Assembly (NCBI GenBank): GCA_963755125.1 | Contig: CAVWIP010000011.1 | Span: forward strand, 73,304 to 137,303 | DNA length: 64,000 bases | Direction: 5' to 3' | From: an uncultured delta proteobacterium | Lineage (GTDB): Bacteria > Myxococcota_A > Polyangia > Fen-1088 | In this document: piece after piece, positions 29,280 through 38,863 of the stretch | Position numbering within the stretch: position 1 is the stretch's first letter | How the letters are laid out: every line of letters begins with the position of its first letter | Notes under the pieces: generated by a model | The model's database searches: none | Seen by the model: the letters and a program-made list of their open reading frames with translations, nothing else | Told to the model about the DNA's origin: nothing | Program-made: the position numbers and the translations under genes

Positions 29280-31313
29280 CTACTCGCGCATCACACCGGA
29301 AATCCGCACCCGCGCCCCGGCCGCCACGGGTTCGGAGCTCTCGACGATGACCGCGTCGCCGGCATCCAGGCCCTGGGTGATGACGACGTCGGCGGCGGTT
29401 CGGTCAGCCACCGCCACGCTGCGCGCCTCGGCCCGCCCGGTCGGCGCCACCAGCAGCACGCGATCGCTGTCGCTCACGCGCGACAACGCCGAGGCCGGCA
29501 CCAGATACGCGTCGGCCAGACGCGCGCGTGCCAGACGCGCCCGTTGTCCGGCTGCCGTCGCCGCTTCCGGCGCCATCTCGATGACCACGTGGGTTTCGTC
29601 ACCGCCGTCGGAGGCCAGGCTGCAAGCTACAGCCCGTCCCTCGATTTCGGCCACACAGAAGCCTTGCTTGCGAACGCGCGCGGCCTGCGTGCGCGGCAGC
29701 TCGAAGTTGGCGCGCCAACCCGCTGATCGCAGGCGCACCGCCGGCGCGCCAGGCCGCACCGTCTGCCCCAGGGTGGCCAGCGCCGCCTCGATCTGGCCCG
29801 AGCCCTGGGCCACGACCGCCACGCGCGACAGGGCAGCCTGCGTCTGCCCGACCAAACCTGCGTTGAACTCGACCTTGGCCCGCGCCGCGCTGGCCCGCTT
29901 GTCGTCGCCCGCGTCGGTCGCGGCCAGTTGCTCGAAGTGGGCGAGCCGTTCCTGCAGGCGGGCCAGATCGGCCAGCAGCGAGCGGGCCGCGTCGGTCGCG
30001 GCCACCACATCGCCAGCCCGCAGCGAGATCCCCACGGACGCGATCTGGATCACCTTGCCGCCCGCAGGGAAGCCCAGCACCTCGCCAGGCAGCTTCTCCA
30101 CGGGCGCGGTGCCGTCGAACCAGCGCACAACAGCGGTTGGTTTGGCGACAAGGACGCGTGTGCGCACGGCCGGAGGTGGTTGCGTGTTCACCGCCCATGG
30201 CACCACCAACGTGCCCACGCCCAGGGCCGCCAGGGTGCCGAGCACGGCGTGGAGAATCCATGGGACACCCCGCCCTGTCGTGGGCCGCGCGGATACCGGC
30301 GTGACATAGGGAGGAGGTGTCACCAGCGGCGGCGGGGTCAACATTCCACGGGGGCCTGGCGTCAATGTGCGGGCTTCGCCCCAGACACCGCGCGGCCGCC
30401 CGGCGCCGTCAGCAGTTTCAGCAGCAGACGTGCGACCACGGGGCGGCCTCTCCCGCAGGGGAGGCGGCGTCCGCGCTTCGAGCGGAATCGGAGGTGGGGT
30501 CTCGGCCAGCAGGGCAGAGGGTAGCGTTTCCATCGCGACCGGCGATGGCTCCTGCACCGACGGGCTGACCGGCGACTCAGGAGGCACCTCGACCGGCGCG
30601 GCAGCCGCGGCCGGCAGCGACGGCTGGGCCTGCGACAGAACGTCGGGCTGCGGTGTCGCCACTGTGGGCGTCTCGGCCGTGGGCAGAGCATCCGAGGACG
30701 GCGTGGCGGCCGATGCCGTCTCTGCCGCCGGCGGCTCAGGCTCCGCCGCAGCCGGTGGCGATTCCGGCGCAGGAGGTGGCTCGAATGACGCCGGGCCTGG
30801 CGTGGGCGCACCGTTGTCAACGGGCTCGGGTTCCGAAATGACCGGCACTGGCGTCTTTTCAGCCGCGGGTTCCGAAATGACAGGCACCGGCGTCTTTTCA
30901 GCCGCGGGTTCCGAGATGACCGGTACCGGCGTCTTCACGTCCTCGGGTTGCGACGGAGCCGGCGTCTGTGCGGCCGCCGCGGTCATGCGCGTGATGTGTG
31001 CCGGCCTATCCTCAGGCGCAACACCCGGAGTTCCTGCCTTGCCCGACACCAGGAAGCCGAGCTGGTCAAGACGATCGGCGAATGCCATGAGTTGCTCGAC
31101 CGTCAGCTCCAGCCCGGTCGAGAGCCGCACCCAGGCGATGACCTTGCTCAGAGGCCGGCCGTCGAACGCGAGAGCAACCGAATACTCGTAGCCAAAGAGA
31201 CGGAAAGTCGATCCCAGCTTGGGATCGCAGACGTCGACGCACCTGACGCCATCTTCGCTTTGCAAGATGGTCGAAACCAGATCGCGCCGCAAGCGCGGCC
31301 CGTCAAACGTCAT
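29280..31313 (-). CDS. Membrane-fusion/HlyD-like periplasmic adaptor with N-terminal cytoplasmic domain, Pro/Ala-rich repeat linker and single TM
   Basis: TM segment WILHAVLGTLAALGVGTLVVPWAV. The C-terminus has a coiled-coil plus beta-barrel typical of HlyD/biotin-lipoyl-like adaptors. Contains a 13-aa x3 tandem repeat PVPVISEPAAEKT. Confidence 0.55.
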   Translation of the reverse strand: MTFDGPRLRRDLVSTILQSEDGVRCVDVCDPKLGSTFRLFGYEYSVALAFDGRPLSKVIAWVRLSTGLELTVEQLMAFADRLDQLGFLVSGKAGTPGVAPEDRPAHITRMTAAAAQTPAPSQPEDVKTPVPVISEPAAEKTPVPVISEPAAEKTPVPVISEPEPVDNGAPTPGPASFEPPPAPESPPAAAEPEPPAAETASAATPSSDALPTAETPTVATPQPDVLSQAQPSLPAAAAAPVEVPPESPVSPSVQEPSPVAMETLPSALLAETPPPIPLEARTPPPLRERPPRGRTSAAETADGAGRPRGVWGEARTLTPGPRGMLTPPPLVTPPPYVTPVSARPTTGRGVPWILHAVLGTLAALGVGTLVVPWAVNTQPPPAVRTRVLVAKPTAVVRWFDGTAPVEKLPGEVLGFPAGGKVIQIASVGISLRAGDVVAATDAARSLLADLARLQERLAHFEQLAATDAGDDKRASAARAKVEFNAGLVGQTQAALSRVAVVAQGSGQIEAALATLGQTVRPGAPAVRLRSAGWRANFELPRTQAARVRKQGFCVAEIEGRAVACSLASDGGDETHVVIEMAPEAATAAGQRARLARARLADAYLVPASALSRVSDSDRVLLVAPTGRAEARSVAVADRTAADVVITQGLDAGDAVIVESSEPVAAGARVRISGVMRE
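30829..30945 (-). repeat. 39-bp x3 imperfect tandem repeat inside a CDS (encodes PVPVISEPAAEKT x3)
   Basis: ggttccgaaatgaccggcactggcgtcttttcagccgcg repeated three times on the + strand. Confidence 0.85.
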
Positions 31314-31357
31314 GCTTGCATCTTTACCCGCGGATCACGCCGGAGCCAACCCTAGAG

Positions 31358-32635
31358 TCAGCGTGCCAATAGCTCTTCGTAGACGCGGAGGAGCCGCTGG
31401 GCGATGGCGGTCCAATCGTAGTCTTTTTCCACCAGTGCCCGCGCCTCCCGCGTCAGGCAGGCGGCGAGCGCGCGATCGGTCAGCAGACGCGCCACCGCTG
31501 CCGCGAAATTCTCGGCGTCGTTGGCCACCAGCAGGTGCTTTCCGTTCTCGACGGCAAGTCCCTCACAGCCAAGCGGCGTGGAAACCACCGGCCGTCCCAG
31601 GGCCATGGCCTCGAGAATCTTCAGGCGTGTTCCACCACCCGCGCGCAGAGGCACGACGGCGACGCGTGCGTCCTGGTAGAAAGGAAGGGGAGAGGGGACG
31701 CGACCGACCAGGTCCATGTCGTCGCGTCCCGAGAACTCGCCGAGCACGCGCGGCGCACCTTCGCCCACGACAGTCAGACGGGCCTCGGGGATGTGCGCGC
31801 GCAGGGCCGGCAAGATGTTGCGCGCGAGGAAACGAACCGCGTCGATGTTGGGCGGGTAGCGCAGATGGCCCACGAAGATCAAACGCTTGCCGACTGCGGC
31901 CTCGGCAAGCGGGCGCAGGGCCGCCGTGTCCACGCCGTTGGGCACCAGCGAAACCGCGGTGCCAGCGGCCACGGCGCGCAGGCGCTCGGCCTCGGGGTCA
32001 GAGACTACCAGAGCGCGGTCGAAACGCGCAGCATGGCGAGCCTCCCATCCGCGCATGAGATACGCCTTGACCAGCCATCCCAGTTTCTCCACCGCGCCCG
32101 CGTGCATGCAAAGCATGGTGCGATACTGGCTCTCGCAAAAATTGTGGAACGAGAGGATGGTCCGGCAGGGCGAGCCCTCGGGCACGGCATCGCGGAAGTG
32201 CGCCAGGAAAGAATGCTCGATCTGAAGGATGTCGACGGTGCCGCTGCCGATCAGGTTGCGCAGCTTGTTTTCCAGGGAGCGCGAGCAATATGGCCAGGTG
32301 ACCAGCGGCCGGCCACGCACCAGATGTCCCACCAGATCGCGCGCGCGTTCGATGTCCGAGCCGGCACGCATCACCGCCCACTCGACCCGCTCGCACAAAG
32401 GCGCCAGTGCCGGCACGTGGCGAGCCTCGTCAGCCGATTCGAGCATGGCAAAGAGCAGGACACGGTAGCGCTCAGCCACCTGACGAATGAGATTGAAATA
32501 GCGAATGGCTCCGCCGCGGTCAGTGGGCCAGGGCAGGCCATAGGTCAACCACAGAACCGTCTTGCGCCGGTCAACCACTTCATCCTTTCCCGCTGCAGCC
32601 ATGTCCGTCCCAGATCTGTCTGGGATCCCTCTCAA
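31358..32635 (-). CDS. Glycosyltransferase family 4 (GT-B, group 1)
   Basis: GT4 hallmarks in the C-terminal half (EGLAVENGKHLLV, GRPVVSTPLGCEGL); 425 aa. Confidence 0.8.
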   Translation of the reverse strand: MRGIPDRSGTDMAAAGKDEVVDRRKTVLWLTYGLPWPTDRGGAIRYFNLIRQVAERYRVLLFAMLESADEARHVPALAPLCERVEWAVMRAGSDIERARDLVGHLVRGRPLVTWPYCSRSLENKLRNLIGSGTVDILQIEHSFLAHFRDAVPEGSPCRTILSFHNFCESQYRTMLCMHAGAVEKLGWLVKAYLMRGWEARHAARFDRALVVSDPEAERLRAVAAGTAVSLVPNGVDTAALRPLAEAAVGKRLIFVGHLRYPPNIDAVRFLARNILPALRAHIPEARLTVVGEGAPRVLGEFSGRDDMDLVGRVPSPLPFYQDARVAVVPLRAGGGTRLKILEAMALGRPVVSTPLGCEGLAVENGKHLLVANDAENFAAAVARLLTDRALAACLTREARALVEKDYDWTAIAQRLLRVYEELLAR

Positions 32636-32653
32636 CCGTCGGCGTGGCGCCGA

Positions 32654-33004
32654 TCAGGCCCACAGGCCGCTGCGCTGACGGCGCACGCGCCGGCAGTAGG
32701 CGTGAAGCATGCGCTGGTGCAACGACGCCATGGCAGTGAATCGCACACCCATGCCGTAGAAGTAGTCGTCCATGGTGTCCCGGCAGGTTTCGCCCGCAGC
32801 CCAGATGGTTTCGGGCATACCGGGCAACTTGAACTCCAGGCCCACCGGCGTGCGCGGCGGATTCGGATCCTGCAACAAGGTGTTGAGGAAGACTCCGCGC
32901 TCGCTGATGTCGACGGCAAGGCCGCGCTGGGGCCGATCCAGGACGTACGCGCAAAGAAGTGTCTCCAGAGGCAGACGATCATCGAATCGACGGTCCAAGT
33001 TCAT
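32654..33004 (-). CDS. Stand-alone PilZ domain protein (c-di-GMP receptor family)
   Basis: RRFDDR...DISERGVFL matches the PilZ RxxxR / DxSxGG motifs. Strong RBS AAAGGAGAGG before the ATG at 33004; the track start at 33079 was rejected. Confidence 0.7.
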   Translation of the reverse strand: MNLDRRFDDRLPLETLLCAYVLDRPQRGLAVDISERGVFLNTLLQDPNPPRTPVGLEFKLPGMPETIWAAGETCRDTMDDYFYGMGVRFTAMASLHQRMLHAYCRRVRRQRSGLWA

Positions 33005-33097
33005 GGCGACCTCTCCTTTCGAGATGGCAGTCAAAGTGGGTTTATGTAGGATGAGAACCCACAAAGTGCGATTCGTCAAGTTTCACGTCCAGGCGGC

Positions 33098-34138
33098 GTG
33101 AGATACTGGAAAAACGCCCACATGGAAAGGTCCGACGACGACCATCAACCTCTCGTTTGCGACGCGAAGACCGCGCTGGTCACCGGGGCCTCGGGCTTCC
33201 TCGGCAGCAGCCTGGTGGCGAGCCTTTGCAGACGCGGGATCAAAGTGCGTGCTTTGGCCCGGCCCACTAGCGACTTGCGTCGCTTGTCCGGGCTGGGCGC
33301 GGAGATCGTGCGCGGTGATGTGTGCGACGCCTCGTCGTTGCGAGAGGCTGCCTGCGGCCAGCAGATCGTGTTTCACGCTGCAGCCAAGGTGCCTGATTGG
33401 GGCTCGCGGCGCGAGTTCTTCCAAGCCAACGTGGATGGCACCCGCAACATGGTGGCGGCCTGTCAGGATGCCGGCGTCGAGCGCCTGGTACACGTCAGCT
33501 CGCTGACCGTGTTGGGTCTGCCCCGCCGGGGTGCGGTTGTTGACGAGCAGAGCCCCTACGATCCTTCGCCGCACGATGCGTACACGGCCAGCAAGATCGA
33601 GGCGGAAAGAATCGTGCGCGAGGCCCACGGCCAGCGCGGCCTGCAGACCGTGGCGGTCCGGCCTGGGGCAATCTGGGGTGTGGGCGACCCCAGCATCACC
33701 CCGCGCATCGCGGCCCTGCTGCGCCGGGGACGCGCGGTCTACATCGGCCGCGCCAACAACGGCCTGGCGCTCTCCCATGTCGACAACCTCACGCTGGGGC
33801 TGCGGCTCGCCGCCGAAACGCCGGCGGCGGCTGGCCAAGTGTATCACCTGACCGACGGCGAAACCGTGACCGCGCGCGAGGTTATCGACGGTCTGGCCGC
33901 GCTCCTGGGCACGGCGCGACCGCGCCTGTCTGTCCCGTACTTCGTCATGTACCTGACTGCGGCCGCGATGGAAGGAGTGGCGCGCCTGCTGCGCCGACGC
34001 TCGCCGCCGCCCTTCACACGCTACGGCGTGCGCCTGATGGCCAGCGACTGTCGCTACGACAACCGCAAGGCCGAGCGCGAGCTGGGCTTTCGCCCGACCG
34101 TCTCCTTCGGGCAGGGACTGGCGGCGCTGCAACTGTAG
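33098..34138 (+). CDS. NAD-dependent epimerase/dehydratase (extended SDR)
   Basis: TALVTGASGFLGSSLV Rossmann motif and YTASK catalytic motif. Confidence 0.8.
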   Translation: MRYWKNAHMERSDDDHQPLVCDAKTALVTGASGFLGSSLVASLCRRGIKVRALARPTSDLRRLSGLGAEIVRGDVCDASSLREAACGQQIVFHAAAKVPDWGSRREFFQANVDGTRNMVAACQDAGVERLVHVSSLTVLGLPRRGAVVDEQSPYDPSPHDAYTASKIEAERIVREAHGQRGLQTVAVRPGAIWGVGDPSITPRIAALLRRGRAVYIGRANNGLALSHVDNLTLGLRLAAETPAAAGQVYHLTDGETVTAREVIDGLAALLGTARPRLSVPYFVMYLTAAAMEGVARLLRRRSPPPFTRYGVRLMASDCRYDNRKAERELGFRPTVSFGQGLAALQL

Positions 34139-34197
34139 GGCGACTGGCGCTGGGATCTTTCATCACCCAAGGAAACCCATCACAAGGAGAATCGATC

Positions 34198-34386
34198 ATG
34201 CAGAAGCAACCAGAAGCCTTGCTCGCGCACGAGCCAGTTTCAGGCCAGGCGGGGTTTGCCGAAATCTATGCTTCCGGCAGCCCGCCATGGGAGACCGGCA
34301 AGCCCAAGCCACCATTTCGCGCGGGAGGAGAGTCCCTGCTGGCCTTGCCGAAAGTCCCGGTCCCCTACCCCGAGTCCCAGAGATGA
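34198..34386 (+). pseudogene. 62-codon ORF resembling only the N-terminus of a class I SAM methyltransferase (likely gene remnant)
   Basis: AAGGAGAA RBS. FAEIYASGSPPWETGKPKP resembles the PW(D/E)xG(R/K)PxP N-terminal motif of TPMT/TehB-like methyltransferases. The ORF stops after 62 aa. Confidence 0.35.
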
Positions 34387-34438
34387 AATTCGCAGTTGTC
34401 AGCGGGGCTGAGAGCCGCCACGATGGACGGGAACCCGC

Positions 34439-36478
34439 ATGCTTGATGTCGCCTCACTTGGGCCGCTGGTCGACCAGCGCGATGTGATCCTGGTCACCGG
34501 CAAGGGTGGCACGGGCAAGAGCACCCTGGTGGCCGCCCTGGCCGCCCTGGCCGCCCAGCGCCGCGGGGGCGCGGTTGCGGTCGAGTTCTCCGCGCACCGG
34601 CGCCTGCCTGACCTGATCGCGCCGGAAGGCGGCGTCAGGGTGGTCAAGATCGATCTGGACACCGCGCTGGAGCCAGCCTTGCGGCGGCTGGTCAACATCC
34701 CCATGCTGGCCCAGGCGGTCCTGCGCAACCGGGTGGTGCGCCAGTTCATCCGTACCTCACCGGCCATGCGCGAGATGATCGTGCTCGACGAGTTGCGCGC
34801 CCTGGTCGACGAGAGCACGGCCCGGCGCCTGCCGGTGATCGTGGATCTGCCAGCCACCGGCCATGCCCTGTCGTTCCTGGACACGCCCCGTGCCGTGCAC
34901 CGCATGTTCCGCATCGGGCCCATCGCGCACGCGGCCGAGCGGGTCCAGCGCCTGTTGCTCGACGGCAAGCGCTGCGAGATGGTGACCATCACCTTGCCCG
35001 AGGAATTGCCGGTCAACGAGACACTCGAACTTCTGCGCAAGGCCCGTCAGATGGGCATTGCCGCCCGAATCGTCGTAGTCAACCAGGTCCCGGCCATGCT
35101 TCTGCACGCCAGCGACCGGCCGCTGCTCGAAGTCCTGCAACGTGAGAGCGAGGAAGCGCTGGCGCACCTGGCGCTGGCGGCGCAGAGCCAGCTTGATGGG
35201 ATGGACCACGCGCGAAAGCAGATCGAGCGTCTGCGCGGTCTGGAAAACGCAAACGTGGTGGAGTTCCCGGCCCGGCCTCCGGCGCCCGCACCTGGCAACG
35301 GGCGATTGGCGCACACTGTGGAACCTTCCGCTGGCAGTGCAGCTCAACTGGCCACGCTCATCGCCGATGCGCCGCTGGTGGTCTGCGTGGGACCGGGCGG
35401 CGTGGGCAAGACCACCTTGTCGGCGCTTCTGGCCTTGCGCCAGGCTGCGGCCGGACGGCGCGCCCTGGTGCTCACCATCGATCCCGCGCGCCGGCTGGCC
35501 GACGCGCTTGGGCTGGTCGAGTTGACCAACGATCCGATGGAGCTGACCGGTTTCCGCAAGATGCACCCGACGGGCACGCTGAGCGCGCTCATGCTCGACC
35601 CCACCGCGACCTTCGATCACATGATCGCGCTGCTGGTGCCCGATCCGGCGCGGCGAGAAGCGCTGCTGTCGAACCGGGTCTACCAGCACATCTCGCGCAG
35701 CCTGTCGGGGACCCTGGAATACATGGCGGTCGAGCGGGTGCACGAACTGTTTCGCACCGGCCGCTTCGAGCGCATCGTGCTGGATACCCCGCCCACCGGC
35801 AACGCCGTGGATTTTCTCGAGGCGCCCGATCGGGTGGCCACCTTCTTCAGCGACAAGATCACCCGCTGGTTCATGCCCGCGGCGGCGACGTCATCCTGGA
35901 CCTCGCGCCTGTGGAGCCGGGCCGGGGCCGCGGCGACGTCGCTCATCGCGCGGGTGGCTGGCCCGTCGTTCGTGGACGAGACCGTCGGGTTCTTCGCGGC
36001 CTTCTCCGACCTGCTCGGCCATTTCCGCTCGCGCGGCGAACAGGTCGGCCGCCTGCTGCGCGACCCGCGCACCGTGTTCCTGGTGGTGTGCGCACCGGAT
36101 CCGGCTCGCATCGTCGAAGCCCAGGTCATCAGCGAGCACCTGGCCGACGAAGGCTGTGTGCCCCGCGCCTTCATCGTCAACCGGGTGGAAGAAGCCTTCT
36201 TGCCCGGTCCCGGCGAGATCGAACGCGCGGTGGAGCGCGCGGCGGCCCTGCTGGGTGGGCTGGAAGAGCGCGAGCAGACGCGGGCCTTCATGGATCGCCT
36301 AGAGACCTTGCGCCGGCAGCAGGAGTCGGCTGCCGCGCTTCACGCCGAAGTGGTGGAGGCGGTCCGCGAATTCGCCGCCCCTCGTCCCGTGTTCACCGTG
36401 CCCCGCATCCCGGTCGGCGAGACCCCGCGCGATTCGCTGCTCGCCATGTACCTGGGATTGTTTGCCAGGGACGAGTGA
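34439..36478 (+). CDS. Tandem two-domain ArsA/Get3-family ATPase (ArsA-like)
   Basis: Two P-loops (VTGKGGTGKST; VGPGGVGKTT) and two A-loop/switch motifs (DLPATGHALSFLD; LDTPPTGNAVDFLE). Confidence 0.75.
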   Translation: MLDVASLGPLVDQRDVILVTGKGGTGKSTLVAALAALAAQRRGGAVAVEFSAHRRLPDLIAPEGGVRVVKIDLDTALEPALRRLVNIPMLAQAVLRNRVVRQFIRTSPAMREMIVLDELRALVDESTARRLPVIVDLPATGHALSFLDTPRAVHRMFRIGPIAHAAERVQRLLLDGKRCEMVTITLPEELPVNETLELLRKARQMGIAARIVVVNQVPAMLLHASDRPLLEVLQRESEEALAHLALAAQSQLDGMDHARKQIERLRGLENANVVEFPARPPAPAPGNGRLAHTVEPSAGSAAQLATLIADAPLVVCVGPGGVGKTTLSALLALRQAAAGRRALVLTIDPARRLADALGLVELTNDPMELTGFRKMHPTGTLSALMLDPTATFDHMIALLVPDPARREALLSNRVYQHISRSLSGTLEYMAVERVHELFRTGRFERIVLDTPPTGNAVDFLEAPDRVATFFSDKITRWFMPAAATSSWTSRLWSRAGAAATSLIARVAGPSFVDETVGFFAAFSDLLGHFRSRGEQVGRLLRDPRTVFLVVCAPDPARIVEAQVISEHLADEGCVPRAFIVNRVEEAFLPGPGEIERAVERAAALLGGLEEREQTRAFMDRLETLRRQQESAAALHAEVVEAVREFAAPRPVFTVPRIPVGETPRDSLLAMYLGLFARDE

Positions 36479-36887
36479 GTCGCGCAACACCACGCCCCCT
36501 GCCCGTGTCTCACCCCAGCGTGGCGACCAACCCCGATCGGATGATCCTTTCGTCGTGTGTCAGCAACGTGCAAAGCGTTCAAGCGAAGGGGGTACCCGAT
36601 CCCCCAGGCTCCAGGGACTGCCCGACGCCTCTTCCCGGTCGCATGTCGCCCCGCCGCCGGCCACCACTTTTTGAGAAGCTACGGTGGTCTCACGCAAAGT
36701 ATGGGCAAGGGCGAAAGCCCTGCCCGCCACCTTGCGATACGGAAGAATCTGACCCACTCTGCAGACCCTCCTTCTGACATCCAGCTACGTACAAGACCAA
36801 AGGCCAAACCGAGGGGCCGTGCACGTAGGGCCTTGCCTCCGGGTCTTTCGTCTTGGCCACGTAAATATGTATTGATGTGTTTCTATA

Positions 36888-37280
36888 TTGACATTGGTCG
36901 ATGCTCGGTCCAGGCTGAGTTGCGTGACGAAGCGTCTAGCCATCGCGGAACGGCCAAGCAAGGAAGCCCCTTATCTTTCGCCGCGCACGAAGTTCCGCAC
37001 CAAGAACGTTACCCCGTTTGCCGCCCTGTTCAAGGCGCTCGCCGACGAGACTCGACTGGATATCTTGGTATTCCTCGCTGCCGCTGGCGACGCCATCTGC
37101 GTGTGCGAGATCGAGGACCACGTCGAGCTGCTGTCGCAGCCCACCATCTCGCACCACCTGCGTCAGCTTCGCGAGGCGGGCTTGGTCACGACCGAGCGTC
37201 GTGGCACATGGATCTACTACGCCGTCGACAAGTCAATCCGCGTCCGACTGGCCGAATTTGTTGCTCTCTTCGACGAATAG
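36888..37280 (+). CDS. arsR: ArsR/SmtB family transcriptional repressor (copy 1)
   Basis: HTH region FKALADETRLDILVFL...ICVCEIE...LSQPTISHHLRQLREAGLV with a CVC metalloid site. The start is uncertain (long N-terminal extension). An AT-rich TTGACA-containing promoter lies at ~36855-36890. Confidence 0.7.
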   Translation: MTLVDARSRLSCVTKRLAIAERPSKEAPYLSPRTKFRTKNVTPFAALFKALADETRLDILVFLAAAGDAICVCEIEDHVELLSQPTISHHLRQLREAGLVTTERRGTWIYYAVDKSIRVRLAEFVALFDE

Positions 37281-37311
37281 TTTTTTTGCCAAAATATATC
37301 GACACCTGTCA

Positions 37312-38244
37312 ATGAAGGAGAACGTGATGTCCAATCCTCTCGTTACTATCGAACCTGAAGATGAATCCGCCTGTTGCTCCTCCTCCTGCTGCCCCGGTGG
37401 CGACGCCACGCCCATGCAAGACATCCGCGAAGTGGTCAAACAGCGCTACGGCCAAGCGGTACGGGCTCTCGCCCAGGGTGCGAAGCCATCGTGTTGTGGC
37501 TCCTCGGTGAAGGACGCGGCGACCGGCATGGGCGGAACGGATCCGATTACGCGCGACCTCTATGCCACTGACCAGACGTCCGGGCTGCCTGAGGAAGCCC
37601 TGCTCGCCTCGTTCGGCTGTGGCAATCCGACGACCCTCGCCGAGTTGCAACCGGGTGAGACAGTCCTTGATCTCGGCTCCGGGGGCGGCATCGACGTGCT
37701 GCTATCGGCAAGACGGGTTGGGCCGACGGGCAAGGCATACGGCCTCGACATGACGGACGAGATGCTCGCCCTTGCCGAGAAAAATAGAGCCAAGGCCGGC
37801 GCGACCAACGTCGCCTTTCTAAGAGGCACCATCGAAGCGATCCCGCTGCCAGACGGCACGGTGGATGTGGTCATCTCGAACTGCGTGATCAACCTGTCGG
37901 GAGACAAGGACAAGGTTCTGCGAGAGGCGTTTCGCGTGCTCAAGCCGGGTGGCCGGGTCGCCGTGTCCGACATTGTCCTTCGCCGCGAGTTGCCCGAGTC
38001 GGCGCGCAAGTCCATGACCCTGTGGACCGGCTGTGTCGCGGGGGCGCTGGTGGAGGCCGAGTACGTCGGCAAACTTCGCGAGACCGGGTTTCGCGACATC
38101 ACGGTCGAAGCGACCAGGATCTACGACAAGGAGGAAGTTGCCGAAATGGCTTCGTCCTCGTGCTGTGGCGGAGACATGACAGAGACGCTTGCCGCGCTCG
38201 ATGGCGCGATCATGAGCGCGTTCATCCGGGCCAAAAAGCCATGA
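37312..38244 (+). CDS. arsM: Arsenite S-adenosylmethionine methyltransferase ArsM
   Basis: Conserved Cys (SACCSSSCC, GCG, SNCVINL) and SAM motif VLDLGSGGGIDV. AAGGAG RBS before the alternative ATG at 37327. The track ORF extends upstream into arsR and was rejected. Confidence 0.85.
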   Translation: MKENVMSNPLVTIEPEDESACCSSSCCPGGDATPMQDIREVVKQRYGQAVRALAQGAKPSCCGSSVKDAATGMGGTDPITRDLYATDQTSGLPEEALLASFGCGNPTTLAELQPGETVLDLGSGGGIDVLLSARRVGPTGKAYGLDMTDEMLALAEKNRAKAGATNVAFLRGTIEAIPLPDGTVDVVISNCVINLSGDKDKVLREAFRVLKPGGRVAVSDIVLRRELPESARKSMTLWTGCVAGALVEAEYVGKLRETGFRDITVEATRIYDKEEVAEMASSSCCGGDMTETLAALDGAIMSAFIRAKKP

Positions 38245-38365
38245 CCGCGTGCAGGCACATTTCCTTCGCCAACGGTCTCACCTCAGGCACCTCAAGGCAC
38301 TTGTGGAAGTCCGATACCACTCGTTCATCGGCGATTTTTTTTGGGGCTGCTTTAGAAAGGAAACC

Positions 38366-38857
38366 ATGGATGACGTAATTAGTGTGTTGTTTGTTTGTAT
38401 TCACAACGCCGCGCGGAGTCGGATGGCGGAAGCATTGCTGCGAGACCTTGGAGGGCCTAGGTTCGAGGTGACAAGCTCCGGCTACGAGCCTCAAGAGGTC
38501 AATCCTATCGTCGTCGAAGCGCTGGATCTCGTCGGGCTGAAAGTCGCTCACCCTGGACCGCAGCCTTCGGTCTTCGATCTATTCAAGGCGGGCCGACTCT
38601 TCGGCTACGTCATCTCGGTTTGCGATTACGAGCACGGACAAAGGTGTCCGCTATTCCCCGGAGTCACTGAGCGGCTCTCTTGGAGCTTTCCAGATCCAAG
38701 CACGTTTACCGGCAGCCACAACGAACGGCTCGCGCGCGTCGTCGAGGTTCGGGATGCAATTCAAGATAGCATCGAGGCATGGCTTGAGACTTTGTCTATC
38801 ACCCCCACCCATACCCGCGCGAAAGCTTCACAAGCACGCAAGGAGATCACGAAATGA
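38366..38857 (+). CDS. arsC: Arsenate reductase, LMW-PTP (thioredoxin-coupled) type (copy 1)
   Basis: VLFVCIHNAARSRMAEAL has the C-x5-R(S) P-loop. The ATG at 38366 follows a GAAAGGAAACC RBS. Locally AT-richer. Confidence 0.8.
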   Translation: MDDVISVLFVCIHNAARSRMAEALLRDLGGPRFEVTSSGYEPQEVNPIVVEALDLVGLKVAHPGPQPSVFDLFKAGRLFGYVISVCDYEHGQRCPLFPGVTERLSWSFPDPSTFTGSHNERLARVVEVRDAIQDSIEAWLETLSITPTHTRAKASQARKEITK

Positions 38858-38863
38858 AGATGG

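Noticed and set aside
29280-29560. N-terminal cytoplasmic domain of the HlyD-like protein (29280-31313) resembling PqqD
   Set aside because: The pattern match is loose (hydrophobic spacing only). It is not convincing enough without a profile search.
37018-37311. Upstream extension of the arsM ORF into arsR
   Set aside because: ArsM homology and an AAGGAG RBS place the start at 37312 or 37327. The extension is out of frame with arsR and lies inside it.
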